Below, piece after piece: positions 37,717-46,058 of a stretch of 64,000 bases of DNA. The DNA is from Hyphococcus sp. (GTDB lineage: Bacteria > Pseudomonadota > Alphaproteobacteria > Caulobacterales > Parvularculaceae). Under the pieces are notes generated by a model. It was not told the DNA's origin, ran no database searches, and saw only the letters and a list, made by a program, of their open reading frames with translations. The translations under genes and the position numbers were made by a program. Position 1 is the first letter of the stretch. Each line of letters opens with the position of its first letter. The DNA lies in assembly GCA_021776395.1 (NCBI GenBank), contig JAJFFZ010000076.1, forward strand, positions 13,641 to 77,640, read 5' to 3'.

Positions 37717-40167
37717 TCAGAACCGCGTGGTTAGCGACAGAGAAATGGTTCGTCCGGTAATGGACCGAGCGATAATGATATCATTCACGCCGTCACCAGG
37801 CGTAAGCGCGTCGAAAGTGCGCCCATTTTCAGCCTCGGTAAATCCGATCTCATCAAAGACATTATTCGCGTTTATCGAAACCGTAGCATGATCCGATACA
37901 TTTACGCTGCCAAATAAATTCACAGTCGTGAATGCCGGCATGATAAGAATATTATCATCATCAACAAAAGTTTTTGTTGTACCGTTGATGTTCGCGCCGA
38001 TCGTAAACAAGTCCTCATAGGTATAGGACGGCGTCACATTGTAGATGAGATCCGCCTGGCGACGCGGCGTATTGCCAACATTGGCGCCGCTGGCCGTCGC
38101 ATCGATTTCCGCATCCGTCCAAGTGAAGCTGCCGAGCATGTTAAAGCCGCCATTTGAATATGCGAACTCGGTCTCAACACCTTTCGATTTATACTCGTTA
38201 TCGAGAGAGGTCATCGTCGTGATCTCAAAGTTCGATTCTTCCGTCTTGGCGTAGAAGAAGGTGACATAGATATCGAGATTGCCAGGCACGGCGTCATCTT
38301 CTTGCCACTTGAAGCCGCCCTCAAGCTGCTTTGTGACATCTACAAAACTGCCTCTATCGGCGATCTGACCTGTGAACTGACCAATCTGGTCGCCGAAGAA
38401 TTTACGCTCTCCATTAAAAGCAGCGCCGCGGCTATAACGCGCAAACATCGACAACCCATCTTGTAAGAGATAATTGGCGCCGAAAGAATACGCCGTGTTG
38501 TCTACTGAGAAATTCTGGACAAAAGGCTGGCTGGCGTCGGTGATCGAGACATCCGCTTCAGGCGGATCAATAACCCCGTCACCATCGACATCAAACGGAG
38601 CGCCGCTCGCCGCAAAACCGCCGCCATCTGCGCGCATATAATCTTTGCGCACGCTCGCATCGAAATTGAGATCTCCGACCGACAGGGTTGCAGCGACAAA
38701 CGGTGAATCCATGTCGTATTTGATGTCATAGAGTCGATTATTGCCGTTCCAGCCGAAGCCACGATTGTAACCAAGGATGCCCGCTTCAGTGAAGCCGGAC
38801 ACATCGATCAGCGCTGCATCATTGTCTGTTGTCGTCAAGAACTGGTTCCAATGCCAGTCTTGGCCGATGTTCTGGTGCATTTTGAAATAGCCGACTGTGA
38901 CATCCAGCGACCCGCCGTCAAAATCAAACACCCGGTTCAATTTCAATTCATTAACAAAATTGCTCATGTCTTCCAGCTCGGTATCGAACAGGGAGACTTC
39001 GGTAACAAGGTTATTGCCTGTAAGGTTCGTCAGGCTCGCCGATGTGACCGCGCTGCCTGCATTCGGGCCATTGAATATAGTCCCGGTCGCGCCGCCAAAA
39101 TTGGTCGCAAGCAACGTATCAGCATCCGTCGCCGCATGTGCGAATGGCGACACAAAATCACCGCTGATGTCGGAATAGCGGAACTTATCGGAAAGCGTAA
39201 TCCCATTGCCGAGCTCGAATGACATCTCACCGCCGATGGAAGCTGACTGTACGCTAAACCCGTTCTGGGCGTCATAAGTGCGAATGCCGCCCTCGCTATC
39301 GACGTCCCGGCCGATAGCATTAAACGGGCTGATCAAGGTCTCGCTATTGGCGCTCAGCCCCGGAATGCCGCCCGCGACACGGTTTCCATTCAATGCGACC
39401 GGTTGCGGAAGATAGGTTGCGTCTTTCTTGTCTAAATATTTCGCCCAAATGCGTACAAAACCATTGTTAAATTCTTTGGTGACGCTTGCTCTAATCTGGC
39501 CGCCTTCAACAACATCCAGGCCTGTATTGCGATAATCTCCACCTTGCTGATAATGACCGCCGACGTGGAAATACATGCTGTCGTTAATCGGGCCGCCATA
39601 TTCAAAGTCACCGCGAAAATCGCGATAATCCAGCCCGGTCGTAAACGTCGCGCTGCCGCCTTCGGTGGCGCCGGTTTTATGGATAAAGTTGATGATGCCG
39701 CCAGGCCCATTCGTGGTCAGTGTGGAGGCGGAACCACCACGCACGGACTCAACCCGGGCCAATGTAGAATCGGCTTTATAAAACCCATCCGCAGGGGCGA
39801 AATCGATATCGCCAAACAACAGGATCGGCAAACCCTCTTCCTGCAACGACAGGAATTTGGCGCCGCCTGTGGAAAGCGGCATACCGCGAACTGCGATGTT
39901 TGAGTTGCCGCCGCCGGCGGAAGATTCAGCTCTAATGCCCGGCAGGTAGCGGAAAATCTCTGACGTTCCGCGCGGGGCGTTATTTGCGATTTGATCCGCA
40001 TTCAACGTACTGACGGAAATACTCGTTTCAATCTTGTTGCCAGCCTTTGCAACACCAGTGACGATAATTTGGTCGTCAACGTTTCTTGTGTCCTGTGCGA
40101 TTGCAGCTGACGCAACGGCGCTCGCAACAGACCCGAGCAACACTGATTTTAACATTTGGGACTTCAT
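37717..40167 (-). CDS. TonB-dependent receptor, probably sucrose-specific (SucA/SuxA-like)
   Basis: Signal peptide, IIVTG TonB box, plug motifs (PGIRAESS, RVESVRGGSAS) and C-terminal Phe; sucrose gene context. Confidence 0.9.
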   Translation of the reverse strand: MKSQMLKSVLLGSVASAVASAAIAQDTRNVDDQIIVTGVAKAGNKIETSISVSTLNADQIANNAPRGTSEIFRYLPGIRAESSAGGGNSNIAVRGMPLSTGGAKFLSLQEEGLPILLFGDIDFAPADGFYKADSTLARVESVRGGSASTLTTNGPGGIINFIHKTGATEGGSATFTTGLDYRDFRGDFEYGGPINDSMYFHVGGHYQQGGDYRNTGLDVVEGGQIRASVTKEFNNGFVRIWAKYLDKKDATYLPQPVALNGNRVAGGIPGLSANSETLISPFNAIGRDVDSEGGIRTYDAQNGFSVQSASIGGEMSFELGNGITLSDKFRYSDISGDFVSPFAHAATDADTLLATNFGGATGTIFNGPNAGSAVTSASLTNLTGNNLVTEVSLFDTELEDMSNFVNELKLNRVFDFDGGSLDVTVGYFKMHQNIGQDWHWNQFLTTTDNDAALIDVSGFTEAGILGYNRGFGWNGNNRLYDIKYDMDSPFVAATLSVGDLNFDASVRKDYMRADGGGFAASGAPFDVDGDGVIDPPEADVSITDASQPFVQNFSVDNTAYSFGANYLLQDGLSMFARYSRGAAFNGERKFFGDQIGQFTGQIADRGSFVDVTKQLEGGFKWQEDDAVPGNLDIYVTFFYAKTEESNFEITTMTSLDNEYKSKGVETEFAYSNGGFNMLGSFTWTDAEIDATASGANVGNTPRRQADLIYNVTPSYTYEDLFTIGANINGTTKTFVDDDNILIMPAFTTVNLFGSVNVSDHATVSINANNVFDEIGFTEAENGRTFDALTPGDGVNDIIIARSITGRTISLSLTTRF

Positions 40168-40260
40168 GTAACCCCTCCCTAATTCGCCTAAGCATTATGC
40201 CGATAACGCGCAAGCCAAGCGCCGCCATCGACTCCTTGTGATTTCGTACAATATCATTTA

Positions 40261-40274
40261 TGCAATCGATTGCA
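40261..40274. promoter_or_regulatory. LacI-family operator O1
   Basis: Perfect 14-bp palindrome TGCAATCGATTGCA with central CG, lying between the divergent TBDR and SSS genes. Confidence 0.8.
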
Positions 40275-40391
40275 ATAATTTTCGACGTTAATAACACTCC
40301 ACTCAAAAAGAGTTTGCTCTTGTGACGAAAATAACACTAGATTAGCCAAAACTGCTCACGCCAAAAGGCATTGGGGCTAATTCCAGCTATA

Positions 40392-40405
40392 CGCAAACGA
40401 TTGCA
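40392..40405. promoter_or_regulatory. LacI-family operator O2
   Basis: CGCAAACGATTGCA is a 12/14 match to O1, 30 bp upstream of the SSS start. Confidence 0.7.
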
Positions 40406-40435
40406 TTAAACATTTGACATCGCGAAGGAATCCAC

Positions 40436-42022
40436 ATGTTCGCTGCGCAGTTGAACCCAATAGACCTATGGATTGTCGGCGGCTACGCGCTTACAATGAT
40501 TATAATTGGCGTCGCCATGGCTGGCAAAGCCCATGACGCAGACGATTATTTCCTGGCTGGCCGCAAAATGGGTTGGCTGGTTATCGGCTTTTCTCTTTTT
40601 GCATCGAACATATCCAGCACAACCCTTATTGGTCTTTCTGGCGACGCCTATTCAACCGGCATTTCTGTTTACAATTATGAGTGGATGGCGGGAATTATTT
40701 TGGCCTTCTATGCCATATTTATATTGCCGCAGGTGCTGCGCAGCCAAGTTTTCACGATGCCGGAATATCTTGAGAAGCGCTTTGACAGGCGCGCGCGCAG
40801 CATCTTTGCGTTCCTGACTTTATTTTTGAATATCATCGTCGATACCGCCGCCAGCCTCTATGCAGGCTCGCTCATTGTGCAGATGATTTTTCCGGAAATG
40901 GCCGTTTGGCAGATTATCACCGCCCTGGCGCTTGTCGCAGGCGCATACACAATTCTCGGCGGGCTTTCCGCCGTCATGCTGACGGATGTTATCCAGGCGG
41001 TTTTACTGATTGTCGGATCCGTCGTCATAACGGTTTTCGCGTTCATAAAAATTGGCGGTGATTGGGGCGCTGTAACGGCTGCCGTGCCGCACGACAAGCT
41101 CAGCCTTATTCGCCCCTTGGATGATCCCGGCGTTCCATGGCTGGGCTTGCTGACCGGCATACCGCTGCTGGGCTTTTACTTCTGGTGCACAAACCAGTTC
41201 ATGGCGCAACGCCTGTTGAGTGCGAAGGATACGGACAATGCGCGTTGGGGCGCGCTATTAGCCGGATTACTGAAGCTACCGGTATTGTTTATTATGGTGC
41301 TGCCTGGAACCTTGGCGATCTTGATATATCCCGATCTGGAACGGCCCGATCTGGTTTTTCCAACCTTGATGTTTGACCTCTTGCCGACGGGCATGCTGGG
41401 ATTGGTATTGGCGGGCTTTATGGCGGCGTTGATGTCGCAGATCGATTCAACGCTCAACTCAGCCTCAACGCTTGTAACCATGGACTTCATCCGGCCGCGC
41501 CACCCAGAACTTTCCAGCACCGCCTTAATGAAGATAGGGCGCAGCGTGACGTTCGGGTTTATGTTGCTGGCGGTGCTTTGGGCGCCGCAAATAGCAAACT
41601 TCGATTCACTGTTCAAATATCTACAACAAGTCCTTTCCTATACGGTCGGCCCGGTTGTCGCGCTATTTTTGTTCGGAACTTTCTGGCGACGCGCAAACGC
41701 AACCGGCGCCTATTGGGCCCTCATTCTAGGGTTCGCCGCCGGCGCCGTCTTTTTTGTTTTTAACGTGATTATGAATGTGGTCGATATTCACTTTCTCTAT
41801 GTCGGGCCAATCCTGTTTATCATTTCCAGCGCCATTCTCGTCGTCGCCAGTTACGCCGCGCCTGCGCCCAGCGAAGAAGATGTTTCATCCTTCATTTGGA
41901 CGCCGGCGCTCTACCGCCAAGACACCGCCGCCATGGCCGGGCGCGCCTGGTATCTCAACTATCGCATACAGGCGATCGTGCTAATCGTGCTCACAGGCGT
42001 TATTTTGGTTACGTTCTGGTAG
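40436..42022 (+). CDS. Sodium:solute symporter (SGLT-like sugar transporter)
   Basis: YFLAGR, SLFASNISS, TMPEYLEKRF, GGLSAVMLTD and FYFWCTNQFMAQR; many TM segments. Confidence 0.92.
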   Translation: MFAAQLNPIDLWIVGGYALTMIIIGVAMAGKAHDADDYFLAGRKMGWLVIGFSLFASNISSTTLIGLSGDAYSTGISVYNYEWMAGIILAFYAIFILPQVLRSQVFTMPEYLEKRFDRRARSIFAFLTLFLNIIVDTAASLYAGSLIVQMIFPEMAVWQIITALALVAGAYTILGGLSAVMLTDVIQAVLLIVGSVVITVFAFIKIGGDWGAVTAAVPHDKLSLIRPLDDPGVPWLGLLTGIPLLGFYFWCTNQFMAQRLLSAKDTDNARWGALLAGLLKLPVLFIMVLPGTLAILIYPDLERPDLVFPTLMFDLLPTGMLGLVLAGFMAALMSQIDSTLNSASTLVTMDFIRPRHPELSSTALMKIGRSVTFGFMLLAVLWAPQIANFDSLFKYLQQVLSYTVGPVVALFLFGTFWRRANATGAYWALILGFAAGAVFFVFNVIMNVVDIHFLYVGPILFIISSAILVVASYAAPAPSEEDVSSFIWTPALYRQDTAAMAGRAWYLNYRIQAIVLIVLTGVILVTFW

Positions 42023-43046
42023 GATGGGCGCCGCAAGATTGGCGAACAATCAACTTTGGCTGTAATACAACCGATGACACCGTCTCACCCTCAATCAGGG
42101 CGAACAGCGATTTTACAAGCGCCGCCCCGCCCTCATGAATGGACTGGCTGATAGTCGTCAGCGCGGGGCTGTACCACGCTGCGCTGAAGATATCATCATA
42201 CCCAACAACCGATACGTCCTGCGGCGCATTCACGCCCGCATTGCGAAAAGCAGCGATGGCGCTCATGGCAATAACGTCGCTGGCGGCAAAAATCGCGTCA
42301 AATTTTATGTTGCTTTCGACCAACGCCTTTGCGGTCGCATACGCTTCTTCTGAGTCAAATGGCGCATTAAAAGTAAGCTCTTCATCGACCGCAATGCCGG
42401 CTTCCTTCAAAGCGTCCATATATCCTCTATGCCGCAATTTAATCTCCGGCAACGATACGTCACCCAGAAAAGCAATACGCTTTCTGCCAAGCGACAGGAG
42501 ATGTGAGGCCGCGAGGCGTCCGCCCTCACGGTTGTCGCTGCCAACCACGGCGTGGTCTTCGTCATCAATATGCGCCCCCCAAACCACGACCCGACGATGC
42601 GCGCGCGTAAATTCTCTAAGCTCGGCCCGCCGCCGGCCCTGTCCAATAATAATGATGCCGTCCGCACGCCCTGATACAAGCGCATTACTGCGTTTGTCGG
42701 TTGACCATGGTGGGATCTTGGACAAAAGCATGTCGTGATTGCGGTCCGCGATCGCATCCGCAAGGGCGCCAATGAGGTCCAGAAAGAACGGCTCTGAAAT
42801 ATGTTGGCGATGGTGGGACTCAATTGGAATGACCACCTCGATTGTCTTGGTCTTCTTTAACCGCAGATTTCTTGCGCCCTCATTGACGGTGTAATCAGCT
42901 GCGCTCGCCAACTCTGTAATACGTTTGCGGGTCTTTTCGGCGACCAGATCCGATCCAGCCAACGCGCGCGATACTGTCGATTCTGAAACGCCCGCCATGC
43001 GGGCGATATCAGCCATTGTCAGCTCTTCTTGTTTATTGTTGCGCAT
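42009..43046 (-). CDS. LacI-family transcriptional regulator
   Basis: TMADIARMAGVSESTVSRAL HTH, VSVVGYDD and PALTTI; converges on the SSS gene with a 14-nt overlap. Confidence 0.95.
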   Translation of the reverse strand: MRNNKQEELTMADIARMAGVSESTVSRALAGSDLVAEKTRKRITELASAADYTVNEGARNLRLKKTKTIEVVIPIESHHRQHISEPFFLDLIGALADAIADRNHDMLLSKIPPWSTDKRSNALVSGRADGIIIIGQGRRRAELREFTRAHRRVVVWGAHIDDEDHAVVGSDNREGGRLAASHLLSLGRKRIAFLGDVSLPEIKLRHRGYMDALKEAGIAVDEELTFNAPFDSEEAYATAKALVESNIKFDAIFAASDVIAMSAIAAFRNAGVNAPQDVSVVGYDDIFSAAWYSPALTTISQSIHEGGAALVKSLFALIEGETVSSVVLQPKLIVRQSCGAHPTRT

Positions 43047-43279
43047 AGTGTAGCCACCGATTCGGTGTCTAGTAACATAGCTCGAAATCTAAGTCGCGGT
43101 CTGTCCCCACGGCCAATACTCTCCTAATGGGCTCAGCGCCAAAAATCTAATCTGAAGGTGGGGCGCCGCCAAATCTTGCGGCGCCAGCATTGGCTTGCGC
43201 ACAAACCTGTAACAGCGCATTGGCTTGGATGCCTAACGCGACAACGCGCAGCAAACGCTATCTGCCAACGCATGCCGTT

Positions 43280-44134
43280 CTATGTCGCGCTTGCCGTGAC
43301 AACCCAAGTCGCCGCATCCATCGCAACGCCTGACCCTATATCATAGGGCGCCAGCGCCTCGCACAGGTCCGTGACAATTGTGGACTTTACCATGTCGTTA
43401 GCGCCGGATTGCGCAATCGCTCCGCTCGCCGGGCCCATCTGCGTCAGGAACGCGACGGCCTCGTCGAGGTTTCTGCCAATCGTAAACGGCGTGTCGAAAC
43501 TGTTGATTTCAATATTTGAAAACCCCGAGGCGGTCAAAATACGCGTTACCCTCTCAGGATCGCCAAACGACATCGGCCCCGGATCTTCAGGGCCCGGAGG
43601 GTCTAGCAGCGCCACATGACGCGAGACAATTTCAAGGGATTTGCTAACCCATTCATTGTCCTTAGCCGGCCGCCAACAGATAAAGGCTGCACGTCCGCCG
43701 GGACGTAATGCCGCTCGCAGGTTGTTGAAGGCGGCACGCGGATCGTCGAAAAACATCACGCCAAAGCGCGAGAACACCAAGTCGAAAGCGGCTGCATCAA
43801 AGCCATGCAGCTGCGCGTCACCGCATTCGAATGTTACATTCTTCTCTGCAATAGACATCGCTCGCGCTCTGGCGTGCGCCAGGATTGGTTCGGAAATATC
43901 AACCCCCAACACGCGGCCGCTTGCCCCGACAAGACGCGCCATATCAAACGAAGTGTCTGCGCATCCGCAGCCGATATCCAACACCCTCTCGCCAGGCAAT
44001 ATGCCCGCCGCCGCCATAACCTCCCGACCGAAGGGCAAAAGACTTGCATCAATTGTTTCCTGAAAACGCAGCCATTTGTCGCCGCCCTCGCCGTTCCAGA
44101 ACTCACTCATATCCGTGTTAACCGCGCTGCTCAT
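43280..44134 (-). CDS. Class I SAM-dependent methyltransferase
   Basis: VLDIGCGCA, GVDIS, FDLVFSRFGVMFF and LRPGGR. Confidence 0.9.
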   Translation of the reverse strand: MSSAVNTDMSEFWNGEGGDKWLRFQETIDASLLPFGREVMAAAGILPGERVLDIGCGCADTSFDMARLVGASGRVLGVDISEPILAHARARAMSIAEKNVTFECGDAQLHGFDAAAFDLVFSRFGVMFFDDPRAAFNNLRAALRPGGRAAFICWRPAKDNEWVSKSLEIVSRHVALLDPPGPEDPGPMSFGDPERVTRILTASGFSNIEINSFDTPFTIGRNLDEAVAFLTQMGPASGAIAQSGANDMVKSTIVTDLCEALAPYDIGSGVAMDAATWVVTASAT

Positions 44135-44227
44135 CCAATGCCTCCATTTATACCCGCCTCAACTTATATTCCCAAAAATGAACGTCAATTGTTGATTTTT
44201 GGCTCCAGCCCACTCATAAATGGACAT

Positions 44228-45121
44228 ATGGTCAGCTGGGACAATCGCCGCATATTTCTCGCGGTCGCACGCGCTGCTTCACTTTCAAAGGCGGCCGATA
44301 CGCTAGGCTTGAGCCGTTCCACAATCATGCGACGGATAACAGCATTAGAAGAAGAGCTTGGCGCGCGTTTGTTTGAGCGGCTGCCGGAGGGATATTTCAC
44401 CACCGAGGCCGGCGATGAAATGCTGCATTCCGCCGAACGCATCGAAACAGAGGCGAATGCGATTGATCGCCGAATATCCGGCCGGGATGCGGAGCTGACG
44501 GGCAAAATTCGCATCGCTATTCCCGGCGTGCTCGCAACCCATCTCCTGATGCCCGACTTTACAGATTTTGCCCGTACAAACCCAAACATTAAACTGGAAA
44601 TCGCACCCAATTATGAAATGGTGGATTTAGCAAAACGCGAAGCCGATGTCGCCATTCGCGTTTCGAACAACCCGCCGCAAGATTTGATTGGTCGCCGCAT
44701 TTTAACCATGGCGCGCGCAGCCTATGTTAGTAAAGAATATCTTCCACGCGATCAATCCGGGCGTAAAAAGGCGCCCGCACTCAGTTGGATCGGCTGGTCG
44801 GACGATCCATCTTCACAACAATGGATGAAAGAAACCGATTTTCCCAATACGCCGATTGGCTCGATCATTGAAGATCCGCATGCGACCCTCAATGCCATTC
44901 GCGCAGGCTTAGGCATGGCGGTCTTGCCATGTTTCATGGGCGATCCAACGACGGGCGTCTATCGGATGCCGCCAGGATCGCTTGTGTTGCAGAGCGATGT
45001 TTGGGTTTTAACCCATCAGGACATGCGCAATACCGCGCGTATCAGAAAGTTCACGAGCTTTATTGCGGACGCATTACTGCGTCATCGCGCCCTCGTTGAG
45101 GGCAAAAAACCAAAGGCATAA
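44228..45121 (+). CDS. LysR-family transcriptional regulator
   Basis: FLAVARAASLSKAADTLGLSRSTIMRRITALEEELGARLFER HTH; divergent from the methyltransferase; true start 44228, not 43805. Confidence 0.92.
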   Translation: MVSWDNRRIFLAVARAASLSKAADTLGLSRSTIMRRITALEEELGARLFERLPEGYFTTEAGDEMLHSAERIETEANAIDRRISGRDAELTGKIRIAIPGVLATHLLMPDFTDFARTNPNIKLEIAPNYEMVDLAKREADVAIRVSNNPPQDLIGRRILTMARAAYVSKEYLPRDQSGRKKAPALSWIGWSDDPSSQQWMKETDFPNTPIGSIIEDPHATLNAIRAGLGMAVLPCFMGDPTTGVYRMPPGSLVLQSDVWVLTHQDMRNTARIRKFTSFIADALLRHRALVEGKKPKA

Positions 45122-45159
45122 GTCAATCGACCTGCGGGGCGCGCCGGGCTTATCGTTAG

Positions 45160-45177
45160 ATGTCCATAAATGGACAT
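45160..45177. promoter_or_regulatory. Palindromic regulator site upstream of GST
   Basis: ATGTCCAT-AA-ATGGACAT; CATAAATGGACATA recurs exactly at 44215-44228. Confidence 0.5.
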
Positions 45178-45317
45178 AGTTGATTCAAAAACAGCCAGTT
45201 CTGCTCAAATTTAATTCTCCTATCTTGTCGAGCGCAAGCGCTCTTTCGCTTGGCGCTCATTTCACCCCTGGGCGCATGACCGCGCCGGGTATTTGCAAGC
45301 AATTTGGAGAACGAAAA

Positions 45318-45983
45318 ATGGCCCTCGAACTTTATATCATTAGCGGCAGCCCACACGCCTGGGCCGTAATGCTCGGTATGGAAACCAAGGGACTAAAATA
45401 TACGGTGCGCCGGCTCGATCCAAGCAAGAAGGAGCATAAAACGGATGCGTATTTTGCGCTCAACCCGCATGGCAAGGTTCCAACCCTCAAGCATGATGAC
45501 GCGGTCATTTATGAATCCATCGCGATCCTCGCCTATATCGATCAGCTAAGCCCAAAAGATTCCCTGTTTGGCGTCACGCCCAAACAAACCGGCCTGATAT
45601 GGCAACACATTTTTGAAATAACGAATTACTTGCGCGCGCCGCTAATTGACGACGCTGCAAGGCCAATATTTCAAGGCCGCTTCACCGATAATCCGGCAGA
45701 AGTTCGGGAAATCTCCGTCAAAGCGCATACCGCACTGGCATGGGCGGAAGGTATTTTATCCATCTCGCCATATCTCACAGGAAACGAAATTTCGGCGGCC
45801 GATGTTGTTCTTATCCCATACCTCAATTCTTTTTTGAGAGCGACTGGAAAGCCGTCGGCAAAATTGTTGGGCGATGCGTTTTTATCGCTTGCGAGTTCTT
45901 TTCCAAACCTTGCCGCTTGGGCGGCGCAGATTGAGGCGCTGCCCGGCTACACCCAAGCCTGCCCTCCGCATTGGCGAGGCTGA
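45318..45983 (+). CDS. Glutathione S-transferase family protein
   Basis: SGSPHAW, LNPHGKVPTL, YESIAI and SAADV; GGAG RBS before ATG at 45318. Confidence 0.9.
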   Translation: MALELYIISGSPHAWAVMLGMETKGLKYTVRRLDPSKKEHKTDAYFALNPHGKVPTLKHDDAVIYESIAILAYIDQLSPKDSLFGVTPKQTGLIWQHIFEITNYLRAPLIDDAARPIFQGRFTDNPAEVREISVKAHTALAWAEGILSISPYLTGNEISAADVVLIPYLNSFLRATGKPSAKLLGDAFLSLASSFPNLAAWAAQIEALPGYTQACPPHWRG

Positions 45984-46058
45984 GCTAACTGCACTTGTCG
46001 CTCAACAACCCATCCGAAAAGTTTTCTTCCCTCCTCCCAAAACAGTTGAGATCACCTC

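Noticed and set aside
42027-43185. Approximately 18-bp inverted match (GGCGCCGCAAGATT(T)GGCG) bracketing lacI, resembling mobile-element ends
   Set aside because: One copy lies within coding sequence and the other is a GC-rich hairpin; there is no transposase or target duplication, so it is probably chance.
43805-44227. Apparent 141-aa N-terminal extension on LysR
   Set aside because: It overlaps the methyltransferase on the opposite strand, and the HTH begins right after ATG 44228.
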